This document shows positions 50,258-58,032 of a stretch of 64,000 nucleotides of DNA, one piece after another (the stretch's first letter is position 1; each line of letters begins with the position of its first letter). A program made the position numbers and the translations under genes. The notes under the pieces are model-generated. The model ran no database searches. It had not been told where the DNA came from and saw only the letters and a list, made by a program, of their open reading frames with translations. The DNA comes from an uncultured Planctomycetales bacterium (lineage in GTDB: Bacteria; 4484-113). The stretch lies in NCBI GenBank assembly GCA_964554185.1, contig CAZKNJ010000004.1, forward strand, positions 3,699-67,698, given 5' to 3'.

Positions 50258-51616
50258 TTAGACGACGCCCTGATCCATCATCGCGTTGGCGACCTTTAGG
50301 AAGCCGGCGATGTTGGCGCCGTTGACATAGTTGCCCGGCGTGCCATAGGCCTCGGCGGTCTCAAAGCACGCCTTGTGGATTGAAATCATGATGTTGTGGA
50401 GCTTCTCGTCCACTTCGTTGCGCGTCCAGGAAGTGTGCCCCGCGTTCTGCGCCATCTCCAGGCCGCTGGTGGCCACGCCGCCGGCGTTGGCCGCCTTGCC
50501 CGGGCCGTAGAGGATCTTCTTCGCGACGAAGTGCTCAACGCCTTCCGGCACCGTGGGCATATTGGCGCCCTCGCTGACGACAAACACGCCGTTCTTGACC
50601 AGCGCTTTGGCGTCGTCCACCGAAACCTCGTTCTGGGTGGCGCTGGGGAAGGCGCACTGCGCACCCTCAACCTGCCACACGCCGGTGCCTTCGTGGAACT
50701 CGCACTTGTACTTCGCGGCATACTCCTTGATGCGGCCGCGCTTGACGTTCTTCAGCTCCATCACGTACGCGAGCTTCTCCTCGTTGATACCATCGCGGTC
50801 AACAATGAAGCCAGCGGAGTCGGAGAGGGTGATGCATTTCCCGCCGAGGTGGCTGACCTTCTCCACGGTGTACTGCGCGACGTTGCCGGAGCCGGAGACC
50901 AGGCAGGTCTTGCCTTTGACGCTGTCGCCGCGGGTGCGCAGCATTTCCTCCGCGAAGTACACCGCGCCGTAGCCGGTGGCCTCCGGGCGGATGAGGCTGC
51001 CGCCCCACGCCAGGCCCTTGCCGGTCAACACGCCCTCAAAGCGGTTGACGATGCGCTTGTACTGGCCGAACAGGAAGCCGATCTCGCGCCCGCCCACGCC
51101 GATATCGCCGGCGGGGATGTCGGTGCGGCCGCCGATGTGGCGGAAGAGCTCCGTCATGAAGCTCTGGCAGAAGCGCATAACCTCTCTATCGGACTTGCCC
51201 TTGGGGTCGAAGTCGGAGCCGCCCTTGCCGCCGCCGATGGGGATGGTGGTCAAAGCGTTCTTGAAAACCTGCTCAAATCCCAGGAACTTGAGAATGCCCA
51301 GATTTACTGTAGGGTGGAAACGCAATCCGCCCTTGTACGGGCCGATCGCGCTGTTGAATTCCACGCGGAAACCGCGGTTAACCTGAACACGCCCCTCATC
51401 GTCCGTCCAGGGCACACGGAACAGAATCACGCGCTCCGGCTCCACGATGCGCTCGAGAATCCGCGCTTCTTTGTATTCCGGGTGCCGTTCCAGCGCCAAC
51501 TCCAGCGATTCCACGACCTCGCGTACGGCCTGGTGGAACTCCTTTTCGCCGGGATTCTTGGCGATTAAGCCCTCCATGAAGGAGTCAACCCACTGTGACA
51601 TTCGGAAGACCTCCAA
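50258..51616 (-). CDS. gdhA: NADP-specific glutamate dehydrogenase (large ~450-aa GdhA type)
   Basis: IPIGGGKGGSDFDPKGKSD catalytic region, Rossmann GSGNVAQY; 452 aa (alt start at MSQW, 51601). Confidence 0.85.
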   Translation of the reverse strand: MEVFRMSQWVDSFMEGLIAKNPGEKEFHQAVREVVESLELALERHPEYKEARILERIVEPERVILFRVPWTDDEGRVQVNRGFRVEFNSAIGPYKGGLRFHPTVNLGILKFLGFEQVFKNALTTIPIGGGKGGSDFDPKGKSDREVMRFCQSFMTELFRHIGGRTDIPAGDIGVGGREIGFLFGQYKRIVNRFEGVLTGKGLAWGGSLIRPEATGYGAVYFAEEMLRTRGDSVKGKTCLVSGSGNVAQYTVEKVSHLGGKCITLSDSAGFIVDRDGINEEKLAYVMELKNVKRGRIKEYAAKYKCEFHEGTGVWQVEGAQCAFPSATQNEVSVDDAKALVKNGVFVVSEGANMPTVPEGVEHFVAKKILYGPGKAANAGGVATSGLEMAQNAGHTSWTRNEVDEKLHNIMISIHKACFETAEAYGTPGNYVNGANIAGFLKVANAMMDQGVV

Positions 51617-51974
51617 ATAGATGATGTAGTGTTTTCCCTTACTCCTGCACCCGACCGCTGCGCGGACCGGGCGGGAACTGAGTTTAGCACAGGACGGCGG
51701 GATTGGCTAGTAAGTGAAGCAGGTAATTTGTGAATAATCTCACATCCTCGCCACTCCCACCTTACAGGGAAGTATTACAGATGCAGCGGCAGCTGGGCCA
51801 AGCCGCTGCTTACCTGGAAAACACCATAATCACGCTGCTGGTGAAGCGGTTCACTCTTGGGGTCTGGCTATGGCCTGCGCCGCGCCTTTCTGCACTCCCT
51901 GCTGCAGGCTGGCTCGCGAGTTGGCTGCCCAGCGGCACCTGCTCCGTCCCTTCTGTGATAAAATCCTACAGGGC

Positions 51975-52401
51975 GATGAAGCAGTTCATACCCTGCGCAA
52001 AATGCGGCAAGCTGTTTTCGGCGGAGACGCCGGAGCAGACGCTGTGCACGACGTGCCGCTCCAGCGCCGCCGGGGCCGTCACCGAAACCGTGGCGCTGGA
52101 ACGCTGCCGCTCCTACATCCGCAGCCTGGACGCCGAGGGCAAGCTGGTGACCGTACTGGAGGTGGCCGAGGCCGTCGGCGTCCCCGATGATGTGGTGATG
52201 CGGTTTATCAAGGATGGCCTTATCAGCACGCTTTCGTTCAACGACCCGCGGGTACGGGCGTTTCTGCTCAAGCGTGAGCAGGAGAGGGCGCGCGAGAAGG
52301 CCAAGGAGCTGGCGCAGGCGACAGAGGAAAAGGAGCCCCCGAGGGAGGAGCCCCGGGGCCGCGGTTTCCACATTTACGACGAAGAAGAAGAAGAGCAGTA
52401 G
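51975..52401 (+). CDS. flagellar-operon zinc-ribbon protein (YvyF/TIGR03826-like)
   Basis: Start ATG 51975: MKQFIPCAKCGKLFSAETPEQTLCTTCRS... matches the C.KCG..F...LC..C + winged-helix pattern of YvyF; acidic tail. Confidence 0.5.
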
Positions 52402-52440
52402 GCCGCGCCGCTGCCATCGCCCGGGTTAAGGAGTAACCGG

Positions 52441-52992
52441 ATGATTGACGCGCCCCAATGTGCGCGACCCGCCGCGATCCACGCGAGTTCGCGCGGCCGG
52501 CGGCGCAGCGACCCCTACGGAGATACACGCGCGCTTCGCGCCGCCCGGGCACAGCGCGCATCCGAGGCCCGGCGGGGCTGGGAGCGGATGTTACTGGACA
52601 TGGCGTCCACCAGCGGGCGTGAACGGATGAGCGAGCGGTGGCGCGAGATGCAGGAATCGCTGAGGCCGCTGGAAGACGAGCTAGTGCGGCTGCAGCTTCT
52701 TCCTCCGCGGGAGCTTCCCGCAGACGAGCCGGGCAAGCCAGCCGAGCAACCGCAGGACGCACCACGGCCTCCATCCCTTGCCCCGGCTGAAGCCTTCGCC
52801 GCTCTGGAGTTTGGTGCAGCGCTGTATAGGATTGCCGGCGAGCAGGCAGACGGCGTGCTCGCTCTGCGGGCTGTGCTGCAGCGGCAACGGCAACAACAGC
52901 TCCTGGCGCTGCTACAGGCAGCGGCGGCTGCTTCACGCGGCGCTTATACCAGTCCGTCAGCATCCTCCGCCGCCATCTCCTTGTTGGCCTGA
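52441..52992 (+). CDS. hypothetical protein (low-complexity, possibly flagellar-associated)
   Basis: ORF only; Arg/Ala/Gln-rich, opposite-strand ORF also open; real start may be internal (MLLDMAS, 52588). Confidence 0.2.
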   Translation: MIDAPQCARPAAIHASSRGRRRSDPYGDTRALRAARAQRASEARRGWERMLLDMASTSGRERMSERWREMQESLRPLEDELVRLQLLPPRELPADEPGKPAEQPQDAPRPPSLAPAEAFAALEFGAALYRIAGEQADGVLALRAVLQRQRQQQLLALLQAAAAASRGAYTSPSASSAAISLLA

Positions 52993-53032
52993 CCGGCGGC
53001 GGCCCAGTGCCCTGCTATAATCCCAGCTCGAC

Positions 53033-53959
53033 ATGAAGGACGAGGGCTCAAGCGCGTCGTTGCGGGTTTCGCAGGGGAAGCTCTCCTTTGCCAATCCGGT
53101 GCTGCTGGCATCGGGCTGCGCGTCCTTCGGTGAGCCGTTTGAAGGGCTAACTCAATTGGCGCGTGTGGGGGCGCTCGTGACCAAAGCGGTGACCGCCAAT
53201 CCACGTGCCGGCAATGCGCCGGTGCGCATCCTCGAGACGCCCGGCGGAATGATGAACTGCATCGGCCTGCAAAACCCCGGCGTGGACGCCTTTGCCTCCG
53301 ACATTCTGCCCCGTCTGCGGCAGTCCGGCGTTACCATCATCGTGAATGTAGCCGGCCACAGCGAAGAGGAGTATGAGAGCGTCGTGCAGCAGCTGGAAGC
53401 CGAGGAAGGCATCTACGCCTATGAGATCAACCTTTCTTGCCCCAACGTGGATGGCGGAACGGTTTTTGCCACTGACCCGGTGCTGTTCGGGCGGGTATGC
53501 GAACGCCTGCGACGCGTCACCGAGCGCAGGCTGATGCCGAAGCTGTCACCCGAAGCCGGCGACCTCGCGCCCTACGGGCTGATTGCGCTCGGCGCGGGAA
53601 TGGATGGCGTGACGGTCTGCAATACCCATCCGGCAATGGCGCTGGATTGGCGCACGGGCAGGAGCAAGCTAGCACGTCCGGTGGCGGGACTGTCGGGCCC
53701 GGCGCTGAAGCCCATTACGCTGCATAAGGTCCGGCAGGTGGCGGCGGCGGTGCCAGAGCTGCCCATCATCGCTTCCGGCGGGGCAACTTGCGCCACCGAT
53801 GTGGTTGAGTTCATTCGCGCGGGCGCGCTGGCGGTGGAGTTCGGCACCGCGCTGTTCCACGATCCGGCTCTGCCTGAGAAGATCGTCGGCGAACTGCCGA
53901 AGCTGCTGGCGGAGTGTAGAGTGGAATCACCCGACGACCTGCGCGGAAGGCTGGGATAG
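53033..53959 (+). CDS. pyrD: dihydroorotate dehydrogenase, class 1 catalytic subunit
   Basis: L.V..GKLSFANPVLLASG, NCIGLQNPG, NLSCPN, GGATCATDVVEFIRAGALAVEFGTA (FMN-binding TIM barrel). Confidence 0.85.
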   Translation: MKDEGSSASLRVSQGKLSFANPVLLASGCASFGEPFEGLTQLARVGALVTKAVTANPRAGNAPVRILETPGGMMNCIGLQNPGVDAFASDILPRLRQSGVTIIVNVAGHSEEEYESVVQQLEAEEGIYAYEINLSCPNVDGGTVFATDPVLFGRVCERLRRVTERRLMPKLSPEAGDLAPYGLIALGAGMDGVTVCNTHPAMALDWRTGRSKLARPVAGLSGPALKPITLHKVRQVAAAVPELPIIASGGATCATDVVEFIRAGALAVEFGTALFHDPALPEKIVGELPKLLAECRVESPDDLRGRLG

Positions 53960-53970
53960 CAAGCTACAAG

Positions 53971-53996
53971 AAAGCGGAGCCTCCCTGCTCCGCTTT
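53971..53996. terminator. bidirectional terminator hairpin between convergent pyrD and fliD
   Basis: aaagcggag-cctccctg-ctccgcttt; T-run on the minus side (TTCTTGT). Confidence 0.4.
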
Positions 53997-54047
53997 CCGC
54001 CCGGTTAAGGGCGTATCCTCATCCCGCCGAAGCAGGTGGGGAGTCTG

Positions 54048-57000
54048 CTAGCCGCTTGAAGTACTGCTTTGATTGCCTGCGGCCGCGATTGTCGCCGCGA
54101 GGTATGCTTCCACGTATTGGGAAATGTTACTTATCTTCGCCAGTTGCGTTTCCAGCGAGACAAACTGGTTGCGCAGCCGGGTCTCGTAGGTTGACAGGCT
54201 CTCCTCGGCGCGGCTGATGGAGTCCTGATAGTTTAGTATCTGCTTATCAAACGCGCCGCCGGTGCGCAGCCGCTCAAATATGGCGCCTTGAATGCCCGTC
54301 TGGTTCTGCACATACTTGCGCGTCCGCGCGGCGGTGCCCCCGTACACAAACGGGTCAATGCCCAGGTAGGAGCCCGGCTGGACGCCCAGCCGGGTGAGCA
54401 GCGAATCACCGCCGTAGGATAGGTCGGAGAAAGAAATTTCCGCCGAGCGGTCAGTGCGGGTGGAGGTGAAGTTCAGCAAGTAGTTGGCGTCGTAGTACGG
54501 CAGGATGCTGTTACCCAGACCGGCTTCCGCCAGCGCCGAGCTGATGCGGTTGAGCACAGTAGATGCGTTGTAGGCTCCAGGAGTGAAGCGCACTTCCGCA
54601 GTAGTGCCGCTGCCGTCGCCGACGGTGAAGCGCAGGCTGGTGCCCACGGAGATGCCGCCCGAGAGGTCGGCGCTGCCGGTGGCGGTGACGCGGCTCTGCA
54701 CCGCGGTGGCGAAGAGCTTGTACACATCGTCGGCATTGTCGCTCAGAGCGCTCAGCAACACCTGATTGCCGCGCAGGCTCGCTTCCAGTATTCCGCGGTC
54801 GGTGGTCGTCGACAGCAACATGCCTCTGTTCTCGCGGGCCTCGTCCGCACTCGCGCCAACGCTGGAGGTGGTCATTCCAAGCTGGGCGATTGAGCGGTAG
54901 GCCCCCTCGTTGCTCACGAGGCCGAGTATCATCTCGCGGATCTTCCGCGCGATAGCGCGCATGCCGGAGTCGCGCGAGACGAAGTCGCGCTGGCGGAGCT
55001 CGTTGCGCCGCGTGTTGTACGCGTCTATCTCGTCCAGCGACATCGTCGCCAGCGCGTCGTCGTCCAGCGGCACCAGCTCTTCGCGCTCGCTTTTCGTCAG
55101 CGGCGGCTGGTTCACCAGGTCTATCGCCGTGTTGTACTCCACTATGAAGTCCAGCAGCGCGGTAATGGCCTTCTCGGTGTCCGCCGCCACGTCAACCGTG
55201 ACGGGGCTGGAGGTGGCTCCCTGGAGGTTGAAGGTCACACCACCTACGATGTCGCTTACCGTGTTGGTCGCGCGGGTGTATTCCACGTCGTCAACTGTGA
55301 ACACCGCGTCCTGGCGCTCGCTGCCGACATCCCATGAATACGCGGTGTAGGGCAGCAGGCGCATCGCGGCGAGGAAGCTGCTCGTGTCGGTCGCAGAGCC
55401 AACCTTGATCTGTGTGGCCGTCGGGTTCTTGCTGAGATCCTGGCGCAAGACGAACTTGTCGGCAGCCTCGTCGTATGACGCAATGACGCCGGCCTGCGAG
55501 CGGTTGATGCGGTCAATAACATTGTTGAGGCTGTCCACTCCGGCGTCCACATAGATGGCAACCCCGTTGATGGTGAAGACGCCGGAAGTGGGGGTGACGG
55601 TCAGGCCGCCTTCGGAGAGGGGCACGGTGGGGCTGGCTTTGCGGTCGGACTGCCCGGCGATGGCGTATCCGCCCGCGTCGTCCGTCACCCCGAGTATGGT
55701 CCACAGATTGCTGGTGTTGCCCGCGCCGCCGAAAGTGAAGCCGGAGGAGCTGTTGTCGTTGCGCTCCATGACGAAGCGGTTCAGCGCGCCGTCGTAGCGG
55801 ATAGTCACACCCGCGCCGCTGGAGTTAATCTGCGCCATCACCTCGTGCACCGTGGTGGCAGTGACATCACCCACGGTGATGGACACGCCGTTAATCACCA
55901 GAGTGCCGTCGGTATGATTGCCGGGGCTGGCGGAGGAGTTCTGCGGAGTGAGGGCGAAGCCCGCAGTGGCTAGCGATGCGTATATGTCTATCGGGGGAAC
56001 CTTGGTGGTTGGCGAGGATGCGATGTTAGCGGCACCGAAGCGCACGGAACTCATCGCAGGGCTGGTGTTGAGCACGTCGTACTTGCCCGTGATGGCGACA
56101 GCGACGCCGTTCCCCGGTGACAGCGCGTTGACCGTAGCGCCGATAATGAGGCGCGTAGTGTTTGTATTGTCCACACCGGTCGCCGCCGTCCTGACGGTTG
56201 CGCCACCAGTAGTCTGCTGGGTCGCCGTCATCGTGTAGTGGGCGTTACTGGAAGACGCCGCAAACGTGTTGGTGCCGTCGTCCGTTGAGCTCTGGAGGTC
56301 CGTCGCGCCGATGGAAAACAGCGTATCCAGTATTCCGCCCAGGCCGTCAATCGCGCGGACGTCGCGGCCGCCGGCGTTCGCCTGTATCTCCAGCCGGTAG
56401 CTGCCAGACACGGAGACCAGCTGCGCCGTGACCGTCGGCACCTGCGCATTTATTGCGTCCACGAGGTCCTGCACCGACGAATCCGCGCTCAGCCCCTGGA
56501 TGAGGATGAACTCCTGCGAGCCGGCGCCGTCGGGGTCTATCGCCAACTGGTTAAACACGGTGATGCCGTAGGAGCCCAGAGTGTTGCTGGGGTCAAGGAC
56601 AGTGGTTGAGCCGTAGAGCCGCCCAGCCTTGCCCTGGGTGCCCGAAATGAAGTACTTGCCGGTGACCTCCACCGCGAAGGGGCCGGTGGTAATCACCTGG
56701 GCGGTCTGGGCCGCGCCTGCGCGCGTGGTGATGAAGCTCCCGGCGGCGAAGCTGGTGGTGTTGGGCCCACCGTCCACGAAGCTCAGGCTGATGGCGGTCT
56801 GCGAAGCTCCGCCAGCGCTGTCGGTGAGCACCAGCCGTCCGCTGTCCAGCGTCAGCGTGGCGTTGGTGTACGCGCCGTTGACGCCCGCGAGGAACTGCGC
56901 CAGCGTGGTGCCGGTGACGCCGTAGGTGAAATCGTAGGTGCCGGTGCCGCCGTTGATCAGCGAGCCGTCCGGGTTGGTGCCGGTGATGCGGATGATGTCG

Positions 57001-57923
57001 CCGCTGTCCAGCGTGCCGGTTATCTGGTCAAGGGTGGCGATATCGGTGGCGCCGGTGGCGGGTGCGCCGCCTACCGTGTATGTCTTTGTATTGGTTAGCT
57101 GCTGCGCCACCGCGCCGGCGCCCGCGCGCGCATTGCCTGCGCCGATGGTAAGCGTGCTACCGGAGTAGTCGTTGTCGTGGAACTGGATGCCGTAAGGCAA
57201 GACGGTGGTGTTGAAGGTGATGTCGCCCGCCACGGTGGGATCGGCCTCGGTGAGGACAATCTCGCCACGCTGGCCGATGGAAGCGGTAACTTCCCCCTGG
57301 AAAACCGACGTAATCGTCTGCGCCAGCCGCCCCAGAGTGTCGGTGGTGTCGCCCGCAAAGGTGAACGTGCCCGAAACCGCGGTGCTGTCTTTGAGGTTGC
57401 CGGAGATGGTAATGGTGTCGCCGGCGGTGATGGTGGCGGAGCCGATGCCCGCCTGCACCGTGTCCTTGATGAGCGTGCTCGTGGTGGCGCCGCGCGTCTG
57501 GTAGGTGCCGTTCACCGTAATGGAGTTGATGCCTGCCGTATTGGTGGGCGGCAGGTACACGCTGCGCGTGATCAGATTCCCGCTCACGCCCGAGGATACC
57601 CGTGAAGCGCGGGCTAGCTGGGAAACGGTAATGCTGTGCGACCCGATGGAAGCGCCGACTCCGCCGGTGGCGGACACCAGATTGTCCGCAGACGAAGTGA
57701 CCAGGCGGCTGTTGAAAGTGGCCTCCAGCGTGAGGTTGAACAGCATGTTGTTGAACCGCAGAAGCTGCGAGTTCACCGACTGGACGACCGACCGGTTGAA
57801 CACCAGGTTGTCGCGCGCCTGCTCCATCGCCTGGATGGGGCCGCGCCGCAGCTGCACGAGCTCTGAAATGATCGCGTTTGCGTCAATCCCTGATTGCAGT
57901 CCAAGGAACTGAATGGTTCCCAT
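54048..57923 (-). CDS. fliD: giant flagellar filament cap protein FliD (HAP2) with ~900-aa Thr/Gly/Ser-rich central insertion
   Basis: ATG 57923 8 nt after AGGAGG (GTG 57932 would overlap the SD); N-term GLQSGIDANAIISELVQLRRGPI and C-term YETRLRNQFVSLETQLAKISNISQYVEAYL match FliD termini; internal repeats of FTINGV.I.V....DSL..VI..IN.SQAGV.ASYD. Confidence 0.75.
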   Translation of the reverse strand: MGTIQFLGLQSGIDANAIISELVQLRRGPIQAMEQARDNLVFNRSVVQSVNSQLLRFNNMLFNLTLEATFNSRLVTSSADNLVSATGGVGASIGSHSITVSQLARASRVSSGVSGNLITRSVYLPPTNTAGINSITVNGTYQTRGATTSTLIKDTVQAGIGSATITAGDTITISGNLKDSTAVSGTFTFAGDTTDTLGRLAQTITSVFQGEVTASIGQRGEIVLTEADPTVAGDITFNTTVLPYGIQFHDNDYSGSTLTIGAGNARAGAGAVAQQLTNTKTYTVGGAPATGATDIATLDQITGTLDSGDIIRITGTNPDGSLINGGTGTYDFTYGVTGTTLAQFLAGVNGAYTNATLTLDSGRLVLTDSAGGASQTAISLSFVDGGPNTTSFAAGSFITTRAGAAQTAQVITTGPFAVEVTGKYFISGTQGKAGRLYGSTTVLDPSNTLGSYGITVFNQLAIDPDGAGSQEFILIQGLSADSSVQDLVDAINAQVPTVTAQLVSVSGSYRLEIQANAGGRDVRAIDGLGGILDTLFSIGATDLQSSTDDGTNTFAASSSNAHYTMTATQQTTGGATVRTAATGVDNTNTTRLIIGATVNALSPGNGVAVAITGKYDVLNTSPAMSSVRFGAANIASSPTTKVPPIDIYASLATAGFALTPQNSSASPGNHTDGTLVINGVSITVGDVTATTVHEVMAQINSSGAGVTIRYDGALNRFVMERNDNSSSGFTFGGAGNTSNLWTILGVTDDAGGYAIAGQSDRKASPTVPLSEGGLTVTPTSGVFTINGVAIYVDAGVDSLNNVIDRINRSQAGVIASYDEAADKFVLRQDLSKNPTATQIKVGSATDTSSFLAAMRLLPYTAYSWDVGSERQDAVFTVDDVEYTRATNTVSDIVGGVTFNLQGATSSPVTVDVAADTEKAITALLDFIVEYNTAIDLVNQPPLTKSEREELVPLDDDALATMSLDEIDAYNTRRNELRQRDFVSRDSGMRAIARKIREMILGLVSNEGAYRSIAQLGMTTSSVGASADEARENRGMLLSTTTDRGILEASLRGNQVLLSALSDNADDVYKLFATAVQSRVTATGSADLSGGISVGTSLRFTVGDGSGTTAEVRFTPGAYNASTVLNRISSALAEAGLGNSILPYYDANYLLNFTSTRTDRSAEISFSDLSYGGDSLLTRLGVQPGSYLGIDPFVYGGTAARTRKYVQNQTGIQGAIFERLRTGGAFDKQILNYQDSISRAEESLSTYETRLRNQFVSLETQLAKISNISQYVEAYLAATIAAAGNQSSTSSG

Positions 57924-57943
57924 AGGAGCCACCTCCTAGATAT

Positions 57944-57951
57944 TTATCGGC
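57944..57951 (-). promoter_or_regulatory. sigma-28-type -10 element (GCCGATAA) in front of fliD
   Basis: minus strand reads gttGCCGATAAatatctAGGAGGtggctcctATG; no good TAAA -35. Confidence 0.3.
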
Positions 57952-57972
57952 AACGCGCGCGTTAAGGGCAGC

Positions 57973-58002
57973 GCCGGCAGGCCGTGGGCTCGGCCTGCCG
58001 GC
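57973..58002 (-). terminator. hairpin (11-bp stem) between fliC and fliD; partial terminator/attenuator
   Basis: gccggcaggccg-tgggct-cggcctgccggc; weak U-tract downstream on minus strand. Confidence 0.35.
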
Positions 58003-58032
58003 ATATCCCTGAAGCGCCTCGGTCGAGGCTGC

